This document shows positions 37,881 through 48,908 of a stretch of 64,000 nucleotides of DNA, one piece after another. Below the pieces are notes generated by a model. It did not search any database and was not told the DNA's origin. It was given only the letters and a program-made list of their open reading frames with translations. The position numbers and the translations under genes were made by a program. Position 1 is the first letter of the stretch, and every line of letters starts with the position of its first letter. The stretch comes from an uncultured delta proteobacterium (GTDB lineage: Bacteria; Desulfobacterota; Desulfomonilia; UBA1062), in the NCBI GenBank assembly GCA_963785235.1, contig CAWAUM010000007.1, positions 192,001 to 256,000 of the forward strand, in the 5' to 3' direction.

Positions 37881-39374
37881 TCAGGGCAACGTGGTCTGCA
37901 CCTGAGCCTGGGTTTCCTCTTCAACCCATTTTTTGTATTTCACTGCCTTTGCCAGGGCGAAAACGGCCCTGTCCGGGGCCGGATAGGGCATGATGCCATG
38001 TGTATCCAGGAACTTCACCGGGTTATTGTCCATCTGAATGTCAAAGCTCATGATGTCGAAGACCGGGATGATGGGCCTCTTATATCGGGCTATGAGCTCC
38101 ACGATGAGCGAGAAGAGCCTGGTCTCCTCTTTGATCATGAGCTCGGCCGAGAGTTTCACCGCCTCGGAAGGTACCGTGCTGGATCTCAACCAGCCATAGG
38201 CGCGCAGACTCATGTATCCGAGCCCCATGAGAAGTACTGCATCTGCGGATGCATGCTCCATGAGCTCGGTTATGGTGTCTGTGATCACGCTCACCCGCTG
38301 GGGCGCCACTAGGTCGATGGGGTTGCCCCGACTCCAGTAGCGGGGCAGCTTCGTGTCAAGGATCTGCACAAGGGTACGATCCAGGGGGTCGATGGAAAGG
38401 CCATTTAGTATACACAGGTCAGTGGCCAGCACTCCCCACCCGCCGCCCGGCGTGATGATGGCCACCCGGTTACCCGAAGATATGGGCTGCATGAGCATGC
38501 CGGCCACATCGACCATCTCGTCCATGGTGTCCACTCTGATGATTCCGGTCTGGCGGCACATGGATGTGAAGAGGCTGTCATCGCCTGCCATGGCGCCCGT
38601 GTGAGACATGGCCGCAATGGCGCCTTTCTCGGTGCGGCCACCCTTGATGAGGATGATGGGTTTTACGGGCGTTATTCTCCTGGCAGCCTCGAAGAACTTT
38701 CTGGGCCTCCGCAGGCCCTCGACGTAGAGGCAGATGATCCTTGTTCTGTCATCATGCTCCAGGTATTCGAGGAAGTCTTCCAGGCTGAGGTCCGCTTCGT
38801 TGCCCGAGCTGATGAGGCGGCTGATGCCCATGCGCCGGCGAAGGAAGCGGTAGGAGATGGAAGATCCGAGGTTGCCGCTCTGGGCGATGAGGCCGATGTT
38901 CCCGGGTATGAGGGGCATGGAGCCCATGAGGGCCTGCATGATGGAGGGGTAGGCGCTGAATACGCCCATGGTATTGGGACCCACGAGCCTCATGCCACCC
39001 TTTGACGCCATATGGACTATCTCACGTTCCATCCGGGCACCCTCTGGACCGGTCTCGGAAAAACCTGCAGTTATGATGATGCCGGCAGGGATCCTCTTTT
39101 CGACACACTGCCTCACGGTTTCCAGCACAAGGTTGTCAGTGACCACGATGACGGCAAGATCGATTGTCTGCTCGATCTCACTCAGCGAGGTGTACACTTT
39201 CCTGCCGAACCATTCCCCACCCTTGGGATTCACAGGATAGACTTCGCCTGAAAAGCCCCGCTTGTAAAGGGTGTGGAGGATATTGAACCCCCACTTGAAT
39301 ATATCCGTAGAGGCACCGATGAAAGCGATGTTTTCCGGCTCGAAGAGGTGCCCCAGTCCGTTTATGCCAGGCAT
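37881..39374 (-). CDS. Acyl-CoA synthetase (ADP-forming), alpha/CoA-binding subunit
   Basis: LFEPENIAFIGAS, VYPVNP, ITAGFSE, VGPNTMG, AQSG, SGNEAD, LYVEG, SHTGAM (phospho-His), NPIDL; start at ATG 39374. Confidence 0.88.
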   Translation of the reverse strand: MPGINGLGHLFEPENIAFIGASTDIFKWGFNILHTLYKRGFSGEVYPVNPKGGEWFGRKVYTSLSEIEQTIDLAVIVVTDNLVLETVRQCVEKRIPAGIIITAGFSETGPEGARMEREIVHMASKGGMRLVGPNTMGVFSAYPSIMQALMGSMPLIPGNIGLIAQSGNLGSSISYRFLRRRMGISRLISSGNEADLSLEDFLEYLEHDDRTRIICLYVEGLRRPRKFFEAARRITPVKPIILIKGGRTEKGAIAAMSHTGAMAGDDSLFTSMCRQTGIIRVDTMDEMVDVAGMLMQPISSGNRVAIITPGGGWGVLATDLCILNGLSIDPLDRTLVQILDTKLPRYWSRGNPIDLVAPQRVSVITDTITELMEHASADAVLLMGLGYMSLRAYGWLRSSTVPSEAVKLSAELMIKEETRLFSLIVELIARYKRPIIPVFDIMSFDIQMDNNPVKFLDTHGIMPYPAPDRAVFALAKAVKYKKWVEEETQAQVQTTLP

Positions 39375-39378
39375 ACGG

Positions 39379-40191
39379 TTAGTATTTGCCCGGGAAGTTG
39401 GGTTTTCTCTTCTCCTTCTGGGCGCGTACACCCTCGCGGGCATCCTCGCTGGCAAAGATAGGCATGCCGATCTCCACCTCTTTGATGAACACATCTTTGA
39501 ACTCCCGCATGCGCATCTCGCGGTTGAACCTGATGATGCCCTGGGTGGCAAGGGGGCCGTTTGCAGCTATCTTTTCAGCAAGTTCCATGGAAGTGTCCAT
39601 GAGCTTCTCTTTGGGCACCACCCTATTGAGGAACCCCCACTCGTACATGGTCCTGGCGTCGAAGTTGCCTGCCGTGAGGAGGATCTCAAGCGCCCTGCAG
39701 GTGCCCACATGCCTTGGGAGGAAGATGTTGCCGCCGCCGGTGGGCATGATGCCGAGGCTTGCCTCCCGCATCTGGAACACGGCATCTTCAGAGGCCACGC
39801 GCAGGTCTGCGCCCATGACCATCTCGAAGCCGCCCGTGAGGCAGTAGCCGTGGATGGCGGCTATTACGGGCTTGTTCACGAAGCTGATCTTGAGCATGGC
39901 CTCGCCCACCCCTTTGCCGTCCCACCCGGCCACGATCCATTCCTCCGCCTCGTTCTCGGGCTTGCGTGCGCCCGTGAGTATGGGTATGGCGGTCTTCAGG
40001 TCCATGCCCGCGCAGAAGATGTTCGGCAGGGCAGAGTAGAGCACGACAACCCGGATGTTCGCATCATCATTGATGTCTATCCAGGTCTTGTGCAGTTCGA
40101 GCAGGATACCCGGGTCCAGGGCGTTGAGCTGCTGGGGGCGGTTGAGCCCTATCTTGGCAATGTGTCCGGTCTTCTCATATATAAGGTTCAT
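39379..40191 (-). CDS. Enoyl-CoA hydratase/isomerase (crotonase) family
   Basis: LNRPQQLNA, FCAGMDL, KPVIAAIHGYCLTGGFE, EASLG, SEDAREG..A..EKRKP.F. Confidence 0.92.
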   Translation of the reverse strand: MNLIYEKTGHIAKIGLNRPQQLNALDPGILLELHKTWIDINDDANIRVVVLYSALPNIFCAGMDLKTAIPILTGARKPENEAEEWIVAGWDGKGVGEAMLKISFVNKPVIAAIHGYCLTGGFEMVMGADLRVASEDAVFQMREASLGIMPTGGGNIFLPRHVGTCRALEILLTAGNFDARTMYEWGFLNRVVPKEKLMDTSMELAEKIAANGPLATQGIIRFNREMRMREFKDVFIKEVEIGMPIFASEDAREGVRAQKEKRKPNFPGKY

Positions 40192-40313
40192 TCTTCCTCC
40201 CTTGGGTATTCGATTGATAAAGCTAGACTCAGTTTAGTGCATATGAAGGAATTAAGTCAATAAATGCGACCTTAATTTCAAGGTACCGTGTTGTATCCTT
40301 CATGAAGACAATC

Positions 40314-41142
40314 TTAACCTGGTCTTCTCATCATCCTTACCAGCCTCACGATAATATCCGAACTGAGCCTGGTGGCAAGTCCATTTGTGAGACGGTGGTT
40401 GAGGTACAGCAATTTCGCGAGGAGTCCCGGGACAATCAGGAATTTCTTTTTTCTTATGCCGTTGACTATTGTCCTGGCCACCGGGCCGGGTTTCAGGGCG
40501 CCTGCGAAGTTCTTTAAAGCCCTGGCCTCGGGAGGGATGCCCGCCTCATTTGCCAGAAACGGCGTATCCACCTCAGGCGGGCAGACCAGCGTCACGGCAA
40601 TGTTACAGCACTTGAGCTCGCTCCTGAGGCACTCGGCAAGGCCTACAAGGGCATATTTCGATGTTGCGTAGGAGGTGTAGCCGAACATGCCCATGAGCCC
40701 GGCTGCGGAAGACAGGATCACGATCTGTCCGCCCCTGTCCTTCATGGAGGGAAGCAGTGCGGCAATAACGCTCCTCGTCCCGTACACATTGATCTTCATG
40801 AGTGCATCGAATGCATGGTGGGAGATATTCTCGAAAAGATCTGCCTGGCCGATGCCGGCGCTTGTTATGACGATGTCAGGTATGCCGAATTGAATGATCG
40901 CTTCCTTCATCTTTTCCTGGACATCGTCATTGTCCGCTACATCGACCTGCATGGAATGGATCTTCTGGTCAGGGGAGCGTCTGTGTCTTTCAATATCCTT
41001 CCTTGCCTGGTCGAGCCTGTCTTTGTTCCGGGCGAATATGGCGATATCAGCCCCTGAGCGATGACAACAGGCGGGCAGTATCAAGCCCTATGCCGCTGGA
41101 CCCGCCGGTAATATAGACGAGTTTGTTGCTGAAGTCTTTCAT
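40314..41142 (-). CDS. Short-chain dehydrogenase/reductase (KDSR-like); frameshift near 41070
   Basis: MKDFSNKLVYITGGSSGIG from ATG 41142, then SAG, N..G, SSAAG, YATSK (YxxxK), CPPEVDTP. Confidence 0.85.
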
Positions 41143-41203
41143 AACGCCCCCATGCATTATTTTTAATCCCCCTTAGGGAATTGCAAAACTCAAATGAATT
41201 CAA

Positions 41204-42132
41204 TCATGCCATGCATATGCCATTCTTAAGGAATATCTCTTTTGCTCTCTGCAGGCTCTCTTTGCTGATCCAGGTCTTCTTGGCATTGTCTGTCTCAAAG
41301 GGGCTATCAAGGCCGATCTTGCTGCACTTCTCGAACCAGAGCGGGTTGTAAGAAAGGATGTCGGCCCTGTGTACGCCAAGGCCTTTGAGATACAGGGCTA
41401 TGGAGCTGATATTGGCCTCGGTGTCCGTAATGCCCGGGATCAGCGGAATCCTGGGGAGGATCACCTTGTTGTCCTTGGAAGTTTCTGCAAGAAGCCTCTC
41501 AAAGTTTTTCAGGATCGTTTCATTGGGCATGCCGCAGTACCGACGATGTTCTTGTGCATCAAAGAGTTTGAAATCAAAATAGATCGCATCGAGCCAGGGC
41601 AGGATCTTCTTCTCGAATGCATCGAAGTTGAACTGGCCGCAGGTCTCCATGAGGGTGTGGACGCCCTCAGTCTTCAGCAGTTTCAGGAGTTCTGAGGTGT
41701 AATCCATGAACAGGGCAGGCTCCCCTCCGGACAGGGTAACACCTCCTCCGGAGTTGTCGAAAAAAGGCTTGTCGGCAAGTACCTTATTCACAATATCATG
41801 GACAGACATCCTGATGCCCACCCGTGAAAGGGCGCCCGAAGGGCAGGCCTCCGTGCAGTCAAGGCAGAGGTTGCACCGGTTCCGGTCAATGAAATGCGGA
41901 TTATCCCGCGACAGGGCCTTTTCCTTGCAGACATCCAGGCAGGTGTCGCACCGGATGCAGGCCTTCTCATCAAAGGATATCTCGAGGCCGGGCTCCTTGC
42001 TCTCCGGGTTGTGGCACCAGACACAGGACAGCGGGCACCCTTTGAAGAACACCACAGTGCGTATGCCCGGGCCGTCATCAAGGCTGTTTCCCTTGATCTC
42101 AAGGATGAGCGGGGTCTTCTGGGATTTGTCAT
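41204..42132 (-). CDS. Glycyl-radical enzyme activating enzyme 1 (start uncertain)
   Basis: LILEIKGNSLDDGPGIRTVVFFKGCPLSCVWCHNPES, two-ferredoxin insert, GGVTLSGGEP, ETCG, RIPLIPG. Confidence 0.9.
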
Positions 42133-42190
42133 CAGCTGATTCCCCGGTCCTTCGAAAAGAACGTGAACGACGGTCCCGACTGTTTCGAAA

Positions 42191-45189
42191 TCATATCCCG
42201 TACTCTGCACGCTCGATGAGCTCGAGCTGCATGTCCTTGTTGAGCGTGACGAAATAGGCGTTGTACCCCGATATGCGCACCAGCAGGTTCCGGTAGTTTT
42301 CGGGGTGGGCCATGGCGTCCCGGAGCGTCTCCGTGGTCACCACATTCATCTGCATCTGCATGCCGCCCAGCTGGAAGTAGGTCTTGGCATAGGAGAACAT
42401 GTCATTGACCGTCTTCTCGCGGGTGTCATGGGCCGACGGGACCACCTTGACATTGAAGGCGATGTTGTTGGTGATATTGGCCGGGTCCAGCCTTGCCACG
42501 TCCTTTATGTTGTCCAGCAGGTTCTTGGACGCGCAGGGCTGGGGGGTGAGGCCGGGTGTGAAGGGTTTGCCTGCAAGCCGCCCTGACGGCAGGGCGCCCG
42601 TGAGGTTGCCGAAGATCACGTGGTTGGACATGGACCAGAAGCCAACCGTATATTTCCCTCCCCGGTAATGGTCCAGGCTGTAGTAATGGTCATGCGCCCA
42701 CTTGGTCACCTTGTTGGCCATGGCAACGGCCTCATCGCTGCCCGAGCCGAACAGCGGCACCTTCTTGGTCACCAGGGCATAGAGGGCACCATGATTCTTG
42801 AAATTGGTATCCACCGCCCTTTTCAGCTCTTCAAAGGTGACCTTCTTCTCATCGAACACGAGCTTCTTGATGACCATGAGGGAATCCGTCACATCCGCCA
42901 GACCGATGATGGCTGCACCGGAACTGTTGTATACGGCGCCCCCCTTGGTGACATCCTTTCCTTTTGCTGATGCAGCCGCCGATGAGCGAAGAGAGCAGCG
43001 GGGTAGGGCGCAGTTCCTGGTGGGCCCGGCCAAGCATATGGTTGTACTCGATGGACTGGTCGATGATGAAGGCGAACTGCTTGGTGAAGGCATCGAAGAA
43101 GTCGTCAAAGGTCTTGAAGGACCCGTTTTCTATCCTGCCGGTGTCCGGGCCCGAGCTTCCAGTTCATCACCGGGTGAAGGCCGTTGTTCATGGCCATCTC
43201 CAGGGCTGCCACCATGTTCATCATCTGCATGTTGGTGTGGCCGATGTGCTTGCACGAAAGCGTCGGCTCCACGCAGCCGGTGGCCGACCAGTTGCGCAGG
43301 TCTCTGATGTCATAGTTGAATTTCTTCAAAGAGCCCATGACCACCTCGTCGTTGTGCATGGACGGGGTGGCCGCGGTGATGAGGTTCACCTCGCACAGCC
43401 GCTTCAGATAGGTGTCGCTGTTGATGCCGGGGTGGAAGCGTGCATTCACATTGGGGTCGCGGATGGACAGCATCTCGGTCACCTTGAGGAAGATGTAGGT
43501 CATGTCGCACACGGCATCGTCACCATCAGGCGTTACGCCTCCCAAGGTGATGGCCTGGTCCGAGGAGCTGCCGCCGAAATAGAAGTTGGCCAGGTCGGGG
43601 GTGAGCGGCAGATGGTCGGTGCAGCGCATGTAAAAGCACCCGATGAGCTCGATGGCGTGCCGGATGTATTCGTCCCGCTCGGCATCCGTGGCCAGCCTTG
43701 CCATGTCGGCTGCAAAGTAGGGCTGGAACCACTGGTCGAGCCTTCCCAGCGAGAGCCCGGCATTGGTGCTCTCCTGGTGGAGGGCCACCCAGGTGATCCA
43801 GGTGGCGTTCACCGCCTCATCCAGGGTCCGGGCAGGGTTTTCCACCACCTGTGAGCAGATCTCGGCAAGCTTCAGCAGCTCCATCTTGCGTGCGGGATCG
43901 GTCTGCGCCCCGGCATCGATTGATGCCTGTTTCGAGAGGTTCTTCGAATAGCTCGTGAGCCCTTCAAGACACAGGATCATGGCTTCAAGGGTTGCCTTCT
44001 TTTCCTCGTCGCATGCCCCGGAAGCAAGTTCTGAGCGTATCTCTTCCATCATGCCCCTGGTGCCCATCTTCATGATCTTGGGAAAGTCGGGGATGGTGTG
44101 GGATATGGTGGCCTGTTTCCAGTTGAAGTACACGGCAAAGCGCTCGTCGATCTTCTGGCACAGGGGCCTGCCATATTTTTCACGCACCCACTCCTTGAAG
44201 TTCCGGTTTGCCCAGTAGGGGAAGACCTCATGGTGCAGGATCTTCATGGTCTCTTCCGAGATGTCCGCCGGGTTGAGCGTCCGGTGGGGCAGGGTGAGGA
44301 GCTCGGACCAGATCATGGTGCCGTGGCCTTCGGGATATACCACCACGCCGATATCCTTTGTGGTTGTGGTGCCGGCGATGAGGTCGTTTTTCCGGATAAT
44401 GGGCTTCTTGTTTTCCAGGAAGTGCTTAAAAGCTCGGGCCTTTCTTGTAATGGGGACCCACGGTTTGCCATCACGATCCGTTTCAAAACCCAAGGCCTTG
44501 TGCCAGTCAGTGACGATCTTGGGCAGTTCATGACAGACCTCGGGCCTTAGGGTCAGGTGGATATCCAGGAATTCCTTCACCCGGGGGAAGTCTTTCAGGG
44601 AGTACAGGGACAGGTATGGCTCGTTGAGATATTTTACGCCCGGGTCAATGGTCTCGGCCTTCATTCCATACGCGCTTCGGGCATGGATCTCGTTGCTCAG
44701 GTCGGTCCTTGCTACAGGTGATTCCTTTAAAAGGTTCTTCTTGTCAGTTGCCCTCTCTTTTTCCATGAGGGTTTTCTGCTTCTTGTTGATGAGTACGGAC
44801 AGGAGGAAGAAGAACAGATTGAGGTACGAGGCATTGCCCTCGAACCTGAGCTCGCTCTTGAGCATCATGAAGATCTGCTCCGTGGGTGTGGCGGAAAGCA
44901 GTTTCTTTACTGCCTTGTCCGTGCTGAAGTGCAGAACCACATCAGCCTTTTCCGGGATGGAGCCTATCACCGTGACATTGCCTTCATGAAAGATGATGCC
45001 CGCTGTCACGGAATCGTTTTCCGTGCGTATGCCGAGCGAAAAATTGATCCATCCCATGTCGCTTTTCAGATAGGAATTCAAAGGCCCCCACAGGTTATAA
45101 CCGGCGGCCATGAGGCGAAGCAGCATGTGGATCATGATATTGGTGGATGTCTTCCTGACGTGTTCCTGACCGGCTTTCTCTAGCATCAT
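42191..45189 (-). CDS. Glycyl radical enzyme 1 with N-terminal SCP2-like extension (frameshifts near 43140 and 42960)
   Basis: SLGRLDQ, ITLGG, ATGCVEP (single Cys), FGSG, ALPSGR, C-terminal LVRISGY; about 170 aa extra at the N terminus. Confidence 0.88.
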
Positions 45190-45212
45190 GGTACACCCCC
45201 AAGGTATAGTTT

Positions 45213-45869
45213 TTATCTCACGCGAAATGCATGTCTCACGGTAGTAAGCTGTTCGATAAGGTTATCGACCCTGCGCTTAAGGGCCTCTTTGCTGTTTTCA
45301 TCGACCTCGGCAAGGACGTGGCTGTTGAAAAGGCTGATTATGCCGTGCAGGTCGGACCACAACTGGATGTTGATGTCGCGGATCAGGGCTTCATGATTAT
45401 CACACGCACCTATGAGCTCTTTGATGATGCCGGCAATGAGATGGAAGTTTTTCATGGCAGTCGCCTTCTCAAAGGCGGCAACGGGTTCCAGGACGGTTCC
45501 GATATAGTCGATATACTTGGGCGTGTGGAGATTGAACATGAGGTCATAATAGCCTGGGTAGGTGATCCCGAAATTGACATAGGCCCAGACCAGGGCCTTT
45601 ATTCTGTTTTGAAGGGCGGTTTTCTTACCCGATTCCCTGGAGAGCATGGAAAAGAGCATCTCAAAGCCTCTGACCCGGATCATGAGATTGATCTCGTCCT
45701 TGCTGGAATAGTAGTTATAGATATTTGCAGCCGTGATACCGAGACGCGCTGCGATTTTGCGCATGCTCAGCTTGTTGAATCCCTCCTCGATGATCAAGGC
45801 AAGGGCCACATCGAGTATCTTTTCCTTGGTATTGTTTATCTTATCCTGGGTCCAGGCCGCCTTTGGCAT
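45213..45869 (-). CDS. TetR/AcrR family regulator
   Basis: ILDVALALIIEEGFNKLSMRKIAARLGITAANIYNYYSSKDE HTH; C-terminal LWSDLHGI. Confidence 0.92.
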   Translation of the reverse strand: MPKAAWTQDKINNTKEKILDVALALIIEEGFNKLSMRKIAARLGITAANIYNYYSSKDEINLMIRVRGFEMLFSMLSRESGKKTALQNRIKALVWAYVNFGITYPGYYDLMFNLHTPKYIDYIGTVLEPVAAFEKATAMKNFHLIAGIIKELIGACDNHEALIRDINIQLWSDLHGIISLFNSHVLAEVDENSKEALKRRVDNLIEQLTTVRHAFRVR

Positions 45870-45899
45870 AAGGTCCTCTTTCAACTCCCCGAAGAGATA

Positions 45900-45926
45900 T
45901 GAACGCCGTTCAGTTAACAGTGTTAA
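45900..45926. promoter_or_regulatory. Tandem palindromes, putative TetR operators
   Basis: TGAAC-GCC-GTTCA (45900-45912) and TTAAC-AGT-GTTAA (45914-45926) directly upstream of tetR. Confidence 0.6.
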
Positions 45927-46157
45927 TATAACCTGAAATAATTTTCGTCAAGATGGATATTTTATTGATTGGACACAGGACAGTCCTGGGCCTTGACTTG
46001 ACCATAACTCGGTCTCTACTATAGTCAGACCTACCTGCCCTTTATGGAAGGATGACCTGGATTTAAGCGCGTGTATCTTGGCCGGCAGATTGGCTGAGTT
46101 GCGGAAGAGTTTTGAAGAAATCGACAGGGATTGACGAGGGAGAATAAGGAGTAGTCC

Positions 46158-48517
46158 ATGAGGGGTACGATAATAGTTCTTGTTTCGGTATGTGGTCGGG
46201 CTCTTTCTCGCATGTGCTGCGAAGGCTCCGGCGCCGGTGGCCTTTCAGTTTCCCACGAGACATATCGATTACATGAAGGAGGTAAAACCCCTGCTCGACC
46301 GCCGCTGTGTGGTATGCCATTCCTGTTACAATTCCCCCTGCCAGCTCAAGCTCGACTCTTTCGAGGGTGCGGACCGCGGCGCCACGAAAAGGGCTATTTA
46401 CAATAGCTCGCGACTGAGATCCATGGATCCAACCCGTCTCTTCACGGACGCCCAGTCTACCGAGGAGTGGCGTCAGAAAGAATTTTTCAGCGTGACCGAC
46501 AGCAAGGCATCAGGCGATTTGAACGACTCCATCATGATCGAGATACTTTCCCACAAGATGAAAAACCCGAAAAGCGTCGGAGAGTACAAGCCCGAAGCTG
46601 AAGATTTAACCTGTTCCGAAAACCAGGAAGAACTCGGGAGCTACCTGGAAAAACACCCGAACAACGGCATGCCGTTGGGATTTCCGGCGCTCAAGCCCGA
46701 AGAATTCGATATCATTGCGGGCTGGCTGGTTCAGGGCGCCAAGGGACCTGATGCAGCAGAGCAGGAGATGCTGGTCACGCCGAAAGCAAGCGATGCCCTG
46801 GCCATAAAACAGTGGGAAACCTTTCTTAACCTAGACGACGCCAAGCACGTCATGACCGCGCGCTATCTCTATGAGCATCTGTTTCTGGCCCATATTAAAT
46901 TCGGCACGCCAGACCCTTGAATACTATGAACTGTTCCGCTCGAAGACCCCGCCCGGCGAGCCTGTTGATCTCATCGCCACCGTGCGCCCCTATGATGACC
47001 CCGGTACCCCGCGGGTCTACTATCGTTTCAGAAAGATCCACTCCACCATCGTCCACAAGACCCATATGGTTTTCGTTCTTGATGACGCCAAACTGAGCCG
47101 TGTCAAGGAGCTTTTTATCCAGCCGGAATGGTTGCAGCCCCCGCATACGGTAGGCTATGGCAAGAAACTGAGCGCCAATCCTTTTGTCGCGTTTGAACAG
47201 ATTCCCCCGCGTTCGCGCTACCAGTTCCTGTTGGACAACGTACATTATATCATCATGTCCTTCATCCACGGTCCGGTCTGTAAAGGTCAGATTGCCCTCA
47301 ATGTGCTCAATGATCATTTCTGGGTCATGTTCCTGGACCCTGATCACGATCTGAGCGTGGCGTATCCGGCCTTTCTGAAGCTGCACAGCGACAAGCTGCG
47401 CATGCCGATTGAAGCCGGCAGTGACCTGCGCGTTTTTAATGTAATGAACGATGAATATGAAAAGGCCGCCGTTGAGTTTTATAAAGTCCGGCAGGATTTT
47501 TACACGTCGCATCACTACGAAGGTCTCGGCTATGAATCCCTCTGGAAGGGAAACAAGGCCGCCGATGCACCGTTGCTCACGATCTATCGCCATTTTGACA
47601 GCGCATCCGTACATAAAGGGGTCCTGGGAAATCTGCCGAAAACCATGTGGGTGGTGGACTATCCTCTGCTGGAACGGATCTATTATGCGCTGGTTGCCGG
47701 ATTTGATGTGTACGGCACGATCAGCCATAATCTCTCGCTGCGGTATTACATGGATGCGCTGCGCGTTGAAGGCGAGAGCTACTTCCTGGATTTTCTGCCC
47801 GCAGCAAAGCGGCAGGAGATCATGAAGTCGTGGTATCAGGGGGTTGATCTCAAAAAGATTGCATACTATCCTTCCGCTCTGCCGACAAAAATTTCCTTTG
47901 TGACGGACGAACCGAAGCGTGAGTTCATGGAATATATGGTGAACAAACACATTATGCCTGCAACAGATATCGCCTTTGATGCCGTGAACTATGAGCGGGG
48001 AGATGTTGCCTATCCTGGCTTGCCGGATCAAGACAAAACGAAGAATGAATACCTCAAGGCTTTTCGTGCCATATCCAAACCCGGCACGCCATTTTTCTCA
48101 TTGATGAAAGATTACAACATCCATATCGCCTATATGAGAATACGTTTGAAAAATGGAAAAGATCTGGCAATCTCCATCGTGATCAATCAATGGCATGGTA
48201 ATGTTACCCATTTATTCAGTGAAAGTGCTCGACTCGATGTATCAAAGGACAGCGCCGATTTTATTTCCGGCCTCATCGGATCGTATCCAAACTATTTTTT
48301 TGATGTCCGTGAAGAGGACCTGCCCGACTTTTTCGATCTCCTGGCTCATTTTGATAACAGACCGAAAGATTTTGAGAGACTGGACAAATACGGCGTCAAC
48401 AGGGCACAGGATAGGCTCTGGGATGTGTATGACTGGTTTCAAAAACGATTCTATGAGGATGAACCCGTAAACTCCGGGCTGTTCGATTTGAACCGGTACT
48501 ACTACCTAGCCAAGTAG
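46158..48517 (+). CDS. cti: Fatty acid cis/trans isomerase (heme c; frameshifts near 46180 and 46910)
   Basis: Signal-like N terminus, RRCVVCHSCYNSPCQLKL (CxxCH), PTRLF.DA, RYLYEHLFLAH, GPVCKGQIALNV, RHFDSASV, LVAGFDVYG, GLFDLNRY. Confidence 0.88.
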
Positions 48518-48740
48518 GGTACGGTATTTTTTAGAGTGCTTATACCGTGGAATGACCCAAAACGGGCATTCATGGCCCAATGAGAATCATTATATAACTC
48601 ATTGAATAGTTGTATGGAATAATTACCGGTTCTGTGAGAATGGGCCTGAGTGGACATGGAAGTCCCAATAGCGTAGGCTGTCGGAATATGGCATGAAAAA
48701 ATATCTAATAATATCAGATTAATACTTGAAGTATCCCTCT

Positions 48741-48755
48741 TGGCACCCTCCTTGC
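48741..48755 (+). promoter_or_regulatory. Sigma54 promoter for GRE 2
   Basis: TGGCAC-CCTCC-TTGC, perfect consensus. Confidence 0.85.
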
Positions 48756-48908
48756 TCATGAATGTCCTATGCATACGGTACGGTAGCATGTGTGAGGATG
48801 TGATGCACAGCAAGGGCATTCATCCTCAGGATAGAAGTTTTATCTGGCTTTATAAACATCACATGCACGCAATCCTTTTCAAGGAAAGACGAGCGGGGAG
48901 GTCCAATC

